This document shows positions 21,584 to 31,656 of a stretch of DNA of 64,000 nucleotides, piece after piece. The DNA is from Planktothrix sp. GU0601_MAG3 (GTDB lineage Bacteria > Cyanobacteriota > Cyanobacteriia > Cyanobacteriales > Microcoleaceae): assembly GCA_035193785.1 (NCBI GenBank), contig CP136572.1:1588577-1652576 (forward strand), written 5' to 3'. Both the position numbers and the translations under genes were made by a program. The notes below the pieces were generated by a model that made no database searches, was not told where the DNA came from, and saw nothing but the letters and a program-made list of their open reading frames with translations. Position 1 is the first letter of the stretch; every line of letters starts with the position of its first letter.

Positions 21584-24422
21584 TTAGCTAGAACGAGGAT
21601 TGGCTAAATTTCTAAATTTAGTAAATTGTGGGTCAAATAATAGTTTAATGGTTCCTGTGGGGCCATTCCGATGTTTAGCCATAATAATTTCGGTAATTCC
21701 TCGGTCTGGGGTATCAGGATTATAATAGTCGTCTCGATAAATCATCATCACTAAATCCGCATCTTGTTCGATCGATCCAGATTCTCTTAAATCCGATAAC
21801 ATCGGCCGTTTATTAGTGCGAGATTCAACGCTACGACTTAACTGGGATAGGGCAATTACAGGTACACTTAATTCTCTAGCTAATCCTTTTAATGACCGGG
21901 TAATTCTCGATAATTCTTGCACTCGATTATCACTAGCCCCTTCCATTAATTGTAAATAATCTATTAAAATTAACCCTAATACCCCCCCATTTTCGGCTTG
22001 CAATCTTCGAGCTTTGGAACGCATTTCGGTGACGGTAATATTCGGGGTATCATCAATAAAAATGGGTAGTTCTGCTAAGGAAACTAATTGCCATGGTTAA
22101 AGGTTCCCATTCCGATTGACTAATTCTACCGGAACGAATGCGGTTACTTTCTATTTTTGCTTCACTTGATAATAGTCTTTGGACTAATTGCCCCTTCGAC
22201 ATTTCTAAACTAAAAACCGCAATGGGGAGTTTTTGCCCCTTAGCAATATTATGTCCTAAACCGACCGCAAAACTGGTATTATGAACACAAATATCATTAG
22301 CCACAAAATTATGAGTTTCAGGAATAGTTAAGTCATAAACTTGTTTTTCCCCCATAAATTCAATTGAGACAATTTCATCCCAATAAATCTCACTGGTTGC
22401 TAACTGTTGCAAGGGTAAATGATCTAAAGCAGTGGCTAAACTCCAGAGTCTTTCCCGTGATAGTTGCCGTTTACCAACATGAATATTACTATAGCCTGGA
22501 ATCCCGGCTCTTTTTGCCAAACTTTGCCAAGATTCATCTCCTTTAATCGTTGTAATTTCTTGCCAAATTTCTATGGGAATCAAATCTCGATTGGTTTGAT
22601 AGCGTTTATCCATTAACGCATTTTCTATTTTTATAAGGGTTTCTTCTTTACTAAAAATCCCAATTTCCGAGATAAAGGTTTTAATGGATAAAGCATCAGT
22701 AATATCCAGTTGCCAAGCCGTTCGTATTGATTGTTTGTATTTGATAGAACGCTTTTTTAAGGTGGCAATAATGCCAAATCGTAATAATAAGTGTTGAACT
22801 TGTCGGGCTAATTCTTCACTAACACTGGCATAACCAAGTTGACATTGACCACTGGCTAAAATGGTTGCCCAACCATCTGTTGCAAATAGACGATTTAGAA
22901 ATAAAGCAATTTGCGATCGCTCTAATTTAAAGATAATTTCAGGAATTGTTTTTTGATGGGAGTTTTTCCCCCATAAACCAATTTTTTCTAACCAAACTAC
23001 TAATGAATTTTTACTATTTTTTTGAATTGTTTCTATCCCATCAGGAACAAGAATCTCAGCATCAACGTTTAATAAATTGCATAACTGTTCAAACAATTCT
23101 AATTTCGGAACAGATTTGCCATTAATCCAGGCATCAACTGAAGATACACTAACCCCTAGACTTTGAGCTATTTTCAGTCTTGACATTCCTTGAGATTCAG
23201 CAATTTCTTTTAGAGTTTTAGCAAAAATCTGTCTATTATGAGCAACTAATTTTAAGTCTTTGACTGCGTTTAAAGATAATGCACGGGTTCCATTAGAATT
23301 ATCAATTCTAACTTTAAGACCAGTAAAGTTTTGCACAGATTCTATAAAATCCTGTTGAATTTTATAATTATTATTCGTTAAAACGGCATTGCTATTGGTC
23401 AACCCTCCATCTCCGAGTAAATAACCTAAAATTTTAACTTGATATTCGGGTAATTTTTCCGATCCAAAACTATTAAATTGACGAGGAACAGCAATTTTAT
23501 CTCCTGGTTGAAGTTCTGCTAATGGTCGCCATCCTTGAATGGTTAAAAAGGGATGGGTGAGGGTTGATTCTACAAAACGCCCTAGTTTTGTGGTTACTCT
23601 AAATACGGGTTTAATTCCATCATCAATAAAGTCAGAAGGTTCAGTAATTTTAAATTTCCAATTATTTCCTAACGTTAAAATTTGAGCTTTTTGACGATTA
23701 TAAATATCTTCAATCGTCACAATACTGCCATCCGATAAAACAATTTTACTATCAAAACTTAAACATTTTCCCATGGACGGTCTACCCGCAATAATAATTA
23801 AATCTGACCGTTGAAAACCGCCTGTCAGGGCATCTAAATCATAAAATCCGCAGGGAATACCGGGTAAAGAAATCCCCTCATTGCGGTCTTCAATTTCTTG
23901 GAAGGTATCAATTAAAGTTTCGCCAATAGAAACTAAATCCTGTTGGGGTCGAACTTGGGAAATATTAAATATTTGTTGTTCGGCTTTATCGAGAACGGTT
24001 TCTAAATCTTGGCTGGTATCATAAGCTAATTCAATAATATTATGTCCCCCGGTAATCAGACTGCGACGAATTTTTTTATCTAAAATTAATAAGCCATATT
24101 GATCAATATTAACCGCCGAAACCGTGCGATCTACCAGTTGAGTTAATTTTAATTGTCCCCCCACTTGTTCGAGTAAATTTTGATCCGCTAACCAAGTAGC
24201 CACAGTCATTAAATCCGTGGGTTTTCCTTGGAAATGCAGGGTTAAAGTTGCCCGATAAATAATTTGATGGGATTTGAGGGCAAAGGATTCTGGTTGTAAT
24301 AATTCTGCCACCCGACTAATGGCTTCTGGATCAAGGAGAATCCCCCCTAAAATGGCTTCCTCTGCTTCTATATTTTGGGGGGGAAGGCGATCGCTAATAC
24401 TGGAAAATTGAGGTTCATTCAT
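21584..24422 (-). CDS. dnaB: Replicative DNA helicase with intein; +1 frameshift at GAAAC 22080-22084
   Basis: [16 protein letters not shown]|intein|[41 protein letters not shown]. Confidence 0.96.
22278..23765 (-). mobile_element. DnaB intein (496 aa) at the P-loop site, with LAGLIDADG homing endonuclease and XRE-HTH insert
   Basis: Starts CLSFDS, block [15 protein letters not shown] and LFATDG endonuclease motifs, ends VYDLTI...[13 protein letters not shown]. Confidence 0.95.
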
Positions 24423-24498
24423 CGGATGAGTTAGTTAATAAGCCGATTACATCGTTTTATGTTAAACTCTATTATAGAATGATCATTGATTTTAAACA

Positions 24499-24732
24499 AT
24501 GCTTATGGAATCTATTAAAGGAATTGTCAGAAATTGGGTGATTTATCCCATCCAACCGATATCTTATCCTGATAACTATTCTGTGATTATTACTTTTTTA
24601 GAATCAGAAAAACAGGGGCAATTAGTTGATATTTCTTCTGAAGATTATCAAACAGCTTGGGATACCTTAGAGTTGGCGTTAAATGAAAAATCAATAAACC
24701 AGATATCGACAGATCCGCAATCCACGATATGA
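24499..24732 (+). CDS. Small DUF104/AF2212-like antitoxin-type protein, orphan and possibly degenerate
   Basis: MESIKGIVRN.VI.P..P...P....V.ITFL N-terminal pattern; no toxin downstream. Confidence 0.45.
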   Translation: MLMESIKGIVRNWVIYPIQPISYPDNYSVIITFLESEKQGQLVDISSEDYQTAWDTLELALNEKSINQISTDPQSTI

Positions 24733-24767
24733 TCATAAACTCATTTTTGACATTTAGGGATGATTGA

Positions 24768-25883
24768 TTATTCTTCACTGGTGGAAATAGAATTTAAAAT
24801 AGTATCAATTTCTGTCTGAACTTTATCAATTTGTGAACGCAGTTGATCTAAAGATTGTTTTTCAGCTTGCCATTGTTGAGGAATTTCTTGCTCATATCTA
24901 TTTTGTTTTTCTAATAAATCATCGTAAAATGTTAAATGAAGCATTAGAGTTGATAGAGCCAAATCAAAACACTCGTCTAACCGTGGTAACAGGCTACTTT
25001 CTATAAAGAAAAGGACTGTATTTGAAAAGTCATCAAATCGATCTCTTTTAACAACTAAAAAACTATCTTTATAAAAGGAATCCCAACTTGGTTTTATTAA
25101 ATTCGCCAAAGAATTAGAAATAGCTACTTTGGCATTAAAAAATAAATTTAATCTATAATGATCACAGTTTATTTGAAACAATAAACTATTTTTGTATTTG
25201 CTTGGTAAATAACTAAAATGAGAGTCTAACTGATGGATTTTAAATATAGAGAAATCTTGACCCAGTAGTTCCAAATTATGATGAATCGCTAGAATGATTT
25301 GACGGTTTTGATCAATTAATTCTCTTTCTAAACCCTTGATTAAACCATCTTTATCTGATAAGCCTGCCTCTTGTTTGGGTTTACCAGTATTTCTTTCAGT
25401 AAACCACTGTTTTTTAAGTTCTGTAACTCGATTCGTCCATGACTCTCTAAGGTATTTAATCACTTCTGTTTTGCATTTTTTTCTTAAATTACGAATGCGT
25501 ATATCTACATTACTAATTTGTGCGATCTGTTCCCAAATTTCATCCTTGGGGATAGATAAAATTCCAGCTTTACTATTCCAGACTTCTTCAGCCTGATCTA
25601 AATCCTGATAACAATTTTTTAGTAATTGTTCTAATTTAACAGCAGACCGTCTCATTTCATCCGTACAGAGTTGAATTGATTGGCTTAAATCGGTTGCTGA
25701 CTGTTTTAACTCTAAGGATTGATCATCATTAGAATGGATTAGTGTAACCGCTTGATTCAGAGCAAGAAAGGCTTTTAGAGATTCATTCATCACATTTAAT
25801 TCCTGGAACAATATTTTTTTTCCCATCAGAGACAGCTTTGAATAGATATCACTGATATAATTAATTATACTAACTTCTGACAC
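24768..25883 (-). CDS. Hypothetical helical/coiled-coil protein (start probably 25790)
   Basis: Long AT-rich ORF with heptad-rich termini; no function recognised. Confidence 0.65.
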   Translation of the reverse strand: MSEVSIINYISDIYSKLSLMGKKILFQELNVMNESLKAFLALNQAVTLIHSNDDQSLELKQSATDLSQSIQLCTDEMRRSAVKLEQLLKNCYQDLDQAEEVWNSKAGILSIPKDEIWEQIAQISNVDIRIRNLRKKCKTEVIKYLRESWTNRVTELKKQWFTERNTGKPKQEAGLSDKDGLIKGLERELIDQNRQIILAIHHNLELLGQDFSIFKIHQLDSHFSYLPSKYKNSLLFQINCDHYRLNLFFNAKVAISNSLANLIKPSWDSFYKDSFLVVKRDRFDDFSNTVLFFIESSLLPRLDECFDLALSTLMLHLTFYDDLLEKQNRYEQEIPQQWQAEKQSLDQLRSQIDKVQTEIDTILNSISTSEE

Positions 25884-25899
25884 TCAGGTTAACTTAGTT

Positions 25900-27141
25900 A
25901 TGGAATCTCAAGATTTAGCGTCTTTGTTAAAGTTCGTCGGTCTTGCCTTAGATGTAGCAACTCCCTTTGCATCTGCTGTTCCTGGTCTCGGAACGGTATT
26001 AATTATCTCAAAAATTGCGGTCAGAACCTATCAAGGGAAGGTAGAATCTGACAATCTTGATCAAGACTTAGACTATCTGAAAAAGGGCATGGATAGCTTA
26101 CAGGAAAAGGCTAGTATATTAGAATCAGCAACAGCAACCCTAGGAGTCGGTGTGGCTTTACTGGGAATACTTTCCGCACAAAATTTACAGCAAACTCGCA
26201 AATTAGATCGACAATTAGATCAAGTTCAGTTAGGGCTTGAAAAAGGATTCACAGATTTAAAATTAATTATTAATAGTCAAGGCGATGAAATTTTAAAAAC
26301 GATCAATCAAGTGAGTCAAGAAATCCAACAAGAAATACACCGCGTTCAGTTTATTAAGGCTTATGGAATCTTTCAATCAGTTCATAATAATCAACTCCCA
26401 TCGGCTTTAATCACACAAAATTCTAAGGATAGAAATGATAAATTAAACTTTATTTGGAATAATTTACAAAATTGTTTAGCTATTTATAATAATAAAGAAC
26501 TGATTTCTTGCCCTTCAATTTCGGGAAAATTAAAGCGATTAGAATGTGCTTGGGCGATTGAGCAAACCTTAGCTTTAATTGATATTTTAAAAAATGATTT
26601 TGATGCCTGTATTTTTCAGTTAAATCACCTGAGAGAAAAAATTATCAAAGATTGCCTATTCTTAACAGAATCCTGTCAATCGGAAGCAGAAATTGACTTT
26701 ATATTTCCTACAATTCACTCTATTATTAATCAAGATATACCTTTAATTGATTTCTGGAAGAATAATCTAAAAGTTATACAAAATTTATCGGTTGAGGATC
26801 AGGAAAAATTAGCCAATTTAGATGTAACGGATATTGTTAGTTTAAATGAATCTCAAGAATCTAACGCTTTACAACAACTATCCTCGTTTGAAGTTTATCA
26901 GGAATTAAAAGAAAAATCTCATTTTGTTTCCCTGAAAGATCAACTCAAATTTTTAATTAAACCGGAATTACGCTCTGAGTATGAATCTTATATTACCCAC
27001 AAAGCGATCGCTCTGGATTTTAAAGGATTAGCCTTAACCAACTGGAAAGAAGTTCCTGATTTAACGGTTGCTAATCTCTATTATTTTTTCAAAGAGAAAA
27101 AGTTTCTGGATCTCGAAAACCGTCTAAAGTTCCCGATTTAA
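25900..27141 (+). CDS. Hypothetical protein with N-terminal hydrophobic helices and coiled coil
   Basis: 413 aa; GVGVALLG, ECAWAIEQT, SHF.SL.DQL, VPDLTVANLY segments. Confidence 0.75.
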   Translation: MESQDLASLLKFVGLALDVATPFASAVPGLGTVLIISKIAVRTYQGKVESDNLDQDLDYLKKGMDSLQEKASILESATATLGVGVALLGILSAQNLQQTRKLDRQLDQVQLGLEKGFTDLKLIINSQGDEILKTINQVSQEIQQEIHRVQFIKAYGIFQSVHNNQLPSALITQNSKDRNDKLNFIWNNLQNCLAIYNNKELISCPSISGKLKRLECAWAIEQTLALIDILKNDFDACIFQLNHLREKIIKDCLFLTESCQSEAEIDFIFPTIHSIINQDIPLIDFWKNNLKVIQNLSVEDQEKLANLDVTDIVSLNESQESNALQQLSSFEVYQELKEKSHFVSLKDQLKFLIKPELRSEYESYITHKAIALDFKGLALTNWKEVPDLTVANLYYFFKEKKFLDLENRLKFPI

Positions 27142-27171
27142 CGGTTGCTAATCTTTATTATTATTTCAAAG
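27050..27171 (+). repeat. 45-bp direct repeat (42/45 identical) duplicating the 3' end of the 25900 gene
   Basis: 27050-27094 vs 27127-27171; the second copy reads VPDLTVANLYYYFKAQE*. Confidence 0.9.
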
Positions 27172-27185
27172 CACAAGAATAAAAA

Positions 27186-27212
27186 TAAGCCCTGAACTCC
27201 AGTTCGGGCTTA
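27186..27212. terminator. Hairpin between the convergent 25900 gene and rplI
   Basis: TAAGCCC(T)GAACT...AGTTCGGGCTTA, T-run on the minus strand. Confidence 0.65.
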
Positions 27213-27240
27213 GGGAAAACACCATTGAAATTGATGAAAT

Positions 27241-27700
27241 TTACAGGGAAACCACTTCAACTTCCACATCCGCCGTCACGTCAGAATGTAACTTAATATG
27301 GGCTTTATAGGTTCCTAATTTACTGATACTAGGGAGAGTAATTTCCCGACGATCAACTTCTTGACCCGTTGCTTGTTGAATCAATTCCGCTAATTCTTTT
27401 TCGGTAACGGTTTCCAAAAATTGCGTTTTCTTCCCCAACTTGTTTGGCAATTTTGAACAGGCCCACCGCTTCCATGGCTTTTTTCTGAGCTTCGGCCTGT
27501 TGTTTTAGTTCCAGTTGCCGTTGACGTTCTTCTTCCCGACGCCGTTCTACCTGTCTGAGAATCCCAGGGGTGGCCCGAACTGCTATACTCTGGGGGAGCA
27601 AATAGTTACGAGCATAACCTGGGGCGACTTCTACGAGATCGCCATTTTTTCCCAGTTTAATCACATCTTTGGTCAGAACAACTTGAGTACGCTTTGCCAT
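27241..27700 (-). CDS. rplI: 50S ribosomal protein L9; +1 frameshift at 27410-27414
   Basis: [21 protein letters not shown]; corrected IFGTVT...IKLHSDV. Confidence 0.96.
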
Positions 27701-27856
27701 GATCAGTTCCTATATTTTTTTTAACCCAAACACTCTATATTAACAACATTAGGGTGCGATCGCAAGTCCATGATCAACTTACCTCTATTTAGGATATTCG
27801 TAATCGCGTAGTACAATACAGACTAAGTTGGGTCATGATTCACCCCGGAGGCTGCG

Positions 27857-28096
27857 ATGCAGAGTATTCAGTTCAAAGGACACATTGGTGAGGATGGAAT
27901 ATTACGAGTACAAATGCCAGCAGAATTTAAAGATAGAGACTTAGAAGCTATTGTGATCTTTCAAGCTAAGAGTGAAACCCCGAAACATGGAAATTGGCAA
28001 CCAGGTTTTTTTGAGGAAGTAATTGGTGGCTGGATGGGTGAACAATTAGTCCGAGAAGATCAAGGACAATATGAAATGAGGGAGAATTTGTTTTGA
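27857..28096 (+). CDS. Putative antitoxin (VapB-like)
   Basis: 79 aa, overlaps the downstream PIN gene by 4 nt; GHIGEDGILRV swapped-hairpin-like start, WQPGFFE. Confidence 0.7.
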   Translation: MQSIQFKGHIGEDGILRVQMPAEFKDRDLEAIVIFQAKSETPKHGNWQPGFFEEVIGGWMGEQLVREDQGQYEMRENLF

Positions 28097-28494
28097 GTTA
28101 CTTACTGGATACTAATGTTTGTATTAAACTCCTGAATAATAGTCATCCAGCCGTAACTCGCCGATTAGCTTTGCAACAGCCAGGGGATATTTATTTGTGT
28201 ACTGTTGTACAGTTTGAACTTTATTATGGTGCATATCGAAGTAGCCAAATAGAGAGCAATTTAGCAATATTAAAACGTTTTTTTCAACAATTTGCCATTT
28301 TACCTTTGAGTGAAAAATCCGCCGCAATCGCTGGACAAATTCGCGCCCAATTGTCAGCTTTAGGAACACCGATTGGCCCCTATGATCTGCAAATTGCGGC
28401 GATCGCTTTAGCTAACAATTTAGTTCTAGCCACTCACAATACCACAGAATTTAGTCGAGTTCCCAACTTACAAATCGAAGATTGGGAACTTTGA
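28093..28494 (+). CDS. vapC: VapC/PIN-domain toxin
   Basis: YLLDTNV, ELYYG, IGPYDLQIAAIALAN.LVL.THN..EF.RV..L..EDW. Confidence 0.93.
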   Translation: MSYLLDTNVCIKLLNNSHPAVTRRLALQQPGDIYLCTVVQFELYYGAYRSSQIESNLAILKRFFQQFAILPLSEKSAAIAGQIRAQLSALGTPIGPYDLQIAAIALANNLVLATHNTTEFSRVPNLQIEDWEL

Positions 28495-28501
28495 TTTAGC
28501 C

Positions 28502-29275
28502 TTAAAATTTATCCTTCATACCGCGTAAACGAGCAAAGGTTTGGATCGGATCATGGCTATTTGTCGCCGTTTGTAGACTGGGAATATCCCAACGCAAAAA
28601 AGGATTAGTGCGTTTTTCTAAACCAATATTTGAAGGAATGGTGACTTGATTTTGACTGCGGGCTACGGTAACTTCTTGAAAACGATTTTGTAGGTCTTGA
28701 TTATCAGCATCAACCGTCAAGGCAAATTTTAAGTTATTAAGAGTATATTCATGGGCGCACCAAACCCTAGTAGTTTCGGGGAGGTTACGAAATTGATTTA
28801 AAGATGTCAACATTTGTTGAGGAGTACCTTCAAATAAACGACCACAGCCCCCCGCAAATAGGGTATCTCCGCAGAATAAATCCCCTGGTTGATCGGGATA
28901 TTGGGGCGGGAAATAATAGGCAATATGGGCTTTTGTATGACCGGGAACAAATAAAACCTGCCCGATTTGATCGCCAAATTGAACTTGATCACCCGGTTTT
29001 AAAAATACCATTTGACCGGGGATTCTACCTCGATCTTCCTCTCCGCCATAAACGGTAAGATGGGGATATTCTTTAATCAGTTGAGTATTTCCCCCAATAT
29101 GATCGCTGTGATGGTGAGTGTTAAAAATTGCAACTAATTCGGCGTCTAATGTCTGTAAATGCTGTAAAACAGGATAGGCCTCTGCTGGGTCAACAACGGC
29201 GGCAATTTTTCGATCGGGATCATGCAGTAAAAAGATATAGTTATCAGAGAGGACTGGAATTAGTTGAATTTGCAT
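28502..29275 (-). CDS. gloB: Hydroxyacylglutathione hydrolase (glyoxalase II)
   Basis: [40 protein letters not shown]. Confidence 0.96.
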   Translation of the reverse strand: MQIQLIPVLSDNYIFLLHDPDRKIAAVVDPAEAYPVLQHLQTLDAELVAIFNTHHHSDHIGGNTQLIKEYPHLTVYGGEEDRGRIPGQMVFLKPGDQVQFGDQIGQVLFVPGHTKAHIAYYFPPQYPDQPGDLFCGDTLFAGGCGRLFEGTPQQMLTSLNQFRNLPETTRVWCAHEYTLNNLKFALTVDADNQDLQNRFQEVTVARSQNQVTIPSNIGLEKRTNPFLRWDIPSLQTATNSHDPIQTFARLRGMKDKF

Positions 29276-29405
29276 TAAAAGCGATCTCCTGGGATTAGTT
29301 GATCAGGGTTTATAATAGTTGAGACTTTGGTGGGTACAATTTGCTAGTTTAGCAAATTTTATCGCAAAATTAGTCAATAATTAAATTAGAGAGGTTAGGA
29401 TTAAA

Positions 29406-29615
29406 ATGCTGTGGACACTTCCCACTCGCTCTAAAATCTCAATTAGTCAAGTGACGGATCGGATTGTCAATTCTGGTCAACTGAGTCATGCTGATTATTT
29501 GAGATTAATGTCTGCTATTTTATCTGATAAAGATATTACCGAATCTGAACGTAACCAGGTTAATCGAGTATTTGATTATGTTCAGACGGGTCGTGTTAAA
29601 TTTAATGATATGTGA
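29406..29615 (+). CDS. Small conserved cyanobacterial hypothetical protein
   Basis: 69 aa with GAGG RBS; NRVFDYVQTGRVK motif. Confidence 0.7.
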   Translation: MLWTLPTRSKISISQVTDRIVNSGQLSHADYLRLMSAILSDKDITESERNQVNRVFDYVQTGRVKFNDM

Positions 29616-29645
29616 ACAGTAAAAATTAATTAGGTAAAACCCGAT

Positions 29646-30853
29646 ATGAATTTTCCCGAAGTCAATAATTTAATTCCGGTTTCCAACCGGGCTATTACAG
29701 GTTCCTACCCAAGCCAGTATTTCCACGGAAATTGGCGAATTTGCAGTTAGATTATCCTTGATTATTCCCACTTATAAAGAAAGTGAAAATGTTAGACCAA
29801 TTGTCCAAAAACTAACTCAGTTATTAGACGGATCAATTCCCAATGAATATGAGTTAATTATTGTTGATGATGACAGCCCGGATTTAACTTGGAAAGTCGC
29901 GGCAGAATTAATCCCAGAATTTCCCCAATTACGGGTGATGCGACGTCAGGAAGAACGGGGATTATCAACGGCGGTGATTAGGGGTTGGCAAGTGGCTAGA
30001 GGGGAAATTTTAGGGGTAATTGATGCGGATTTACAACATCCTCCAGAGAGTTTATTGCAACTTTTAGGAGAAATAGAACGGGGTGCGGATTTAGCTGTTG
30101 GTAGTCGCCATGTTGAGGGGGGAGGCGTTAGTGATTGGAGTGTGATTCGGCGCTTTTTATCGAGGGGCGCACAGGTTTTAGGATTGATTATTTTACCCGG
30201 TGTTATTGGTAGAGTGTCTGATCCGATGAGTGGCTATTTTATGGTGAGAAGGGAAGCAATTGCTGGAAGAACTCTTGATCCCATTGGCTATAAAATCTTA
30301 ATTGAAGTGTTAGGTAGAGGTCAAATTCGTTGGGTAGGAGAAGTGGGTTATGTATTCCAAGAACGCTTAGAAGGAGAAAGCAAAGTTACTTGGAAACAAT
30401 ATATTGAATATTTACAACATTTAGTTAAATTGCGTTTAGCTAGATGGCCTGTAACCAGGTTTTTGCGGTTTGGAGTTGTGGGTTTTAGTGGGGTTTTTGT
30501 CGATATGGGAGTGTTTTATCTCCTCTATACTGTTCTTGGTTTAGGTTTAACCCGCAGTTTCCATATTCTCCGCAGAAGTAGCAATTTTTAATAATTTTCT
30601 CTGGAATGATATTTGGACATTTGGAGATATTTCTAGCCATCAAAAAGGCATGAGAAAACGATTTAAACGATTTTTGAAGTTTAACTTAATCTGTTTATCG
30701 GGGTTGATTTTAAATGTGTTACTGGTGAATCTCCTATTTAATGTGTTTGGAATGAATGCCTATTTAGCAAAGGTAATTGCGATCGCTATTGTCACTTTTT
30801 GGAATTTCTGGCTGAATTTAAAATTGAGTTGGCGAGTAACGGAAGTTAAGTAA
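29646..30853 (+). CDS. GT2 polyprenol-phosphate glycosyltransferase fused to GtrA domain; +1 frameshifts at 29679 and 30557
   Basis: IIPTYKE, VDDDSPD, IDADLQHPP, DPMSGYF, then GtrA-like RFGVVG...NF..N..W. Confidence 0.9.
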
Positions 30854-30904
30854 TTATGGGTTTTGGGATTATTTGGGGGAAGAAAAAGGATTATTTTTTA
30901 ACCC

Positions 30905-31533
30905 CTATTTAATTATCCAATTCCCAGCCAGATCAAATAATCCTCCCAAGAAACAGGCGATCGCGACTACCACAAATAAACGCAACCAATAAAAGGAAAT
31001 AAAACCCATTCCTAGCCATAAACCTGTTTCTAAGTTCATGTGAATTAGATAAATACCATAGGATGTGTCGCCAACCGGATTTAGCCAAGGTTTCAGACTA
31101 GGTAAATAATTGATAATTTGAAATAGGGCAAAAAATTCTCCAATTCCTAGCAACAAATCAGCCGGAATTCTCCAAGCCATTAATCCTGATTCCGATCCCC
31201 AATCACAGGATTAAAAAACCCAGCCATCGCCGTTTAAATAGTAAATTTTGACTCCAGTTTAATAATTTATCTGATCCAGAATTTTGTTCTAATAATGCGA
31301 TCGCCAAAACAATACCTAAGACAAATTCAAATAACCGAGAGGGAAAAACAAAATAAAGTTGAACAATTAACCCGACATACCACCAAGCCCCATTTAAGAA
31401 GGTATAAAAGGGCATAATAAAATTTCTAAAAGTGGTTAAACTGGATAAAATAGTCGCCGCAATTGTTAACCCGCATTGACTCGAAATTTCTTCACCAAAA
31501 GGAACCCATTCGGGGTTAATTAAGTATATTATA
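30905..31533 (-). pseudogene. Acyltransferase_3 (OafA-like) remnant, 5'-truncated and internally deleted
   Basis: NGAWWYVGLIVQLYFVFP directly abuts SRLFEF; GDTSYGIYLIH in another fragment; about 630 bp in total. Confidence 0.7.
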
Positions 31534-31656
31534 CTTTTAGGCTAGGTAACAATTCACTCAGGCGAGTATAGGGTTTGGGGAGAGAAGTTGTTGTCATAAA
31601 AATATCTAACAGAAGTTAATAGACTGATTTTACACGATTAATAATTAATCCCAAAA

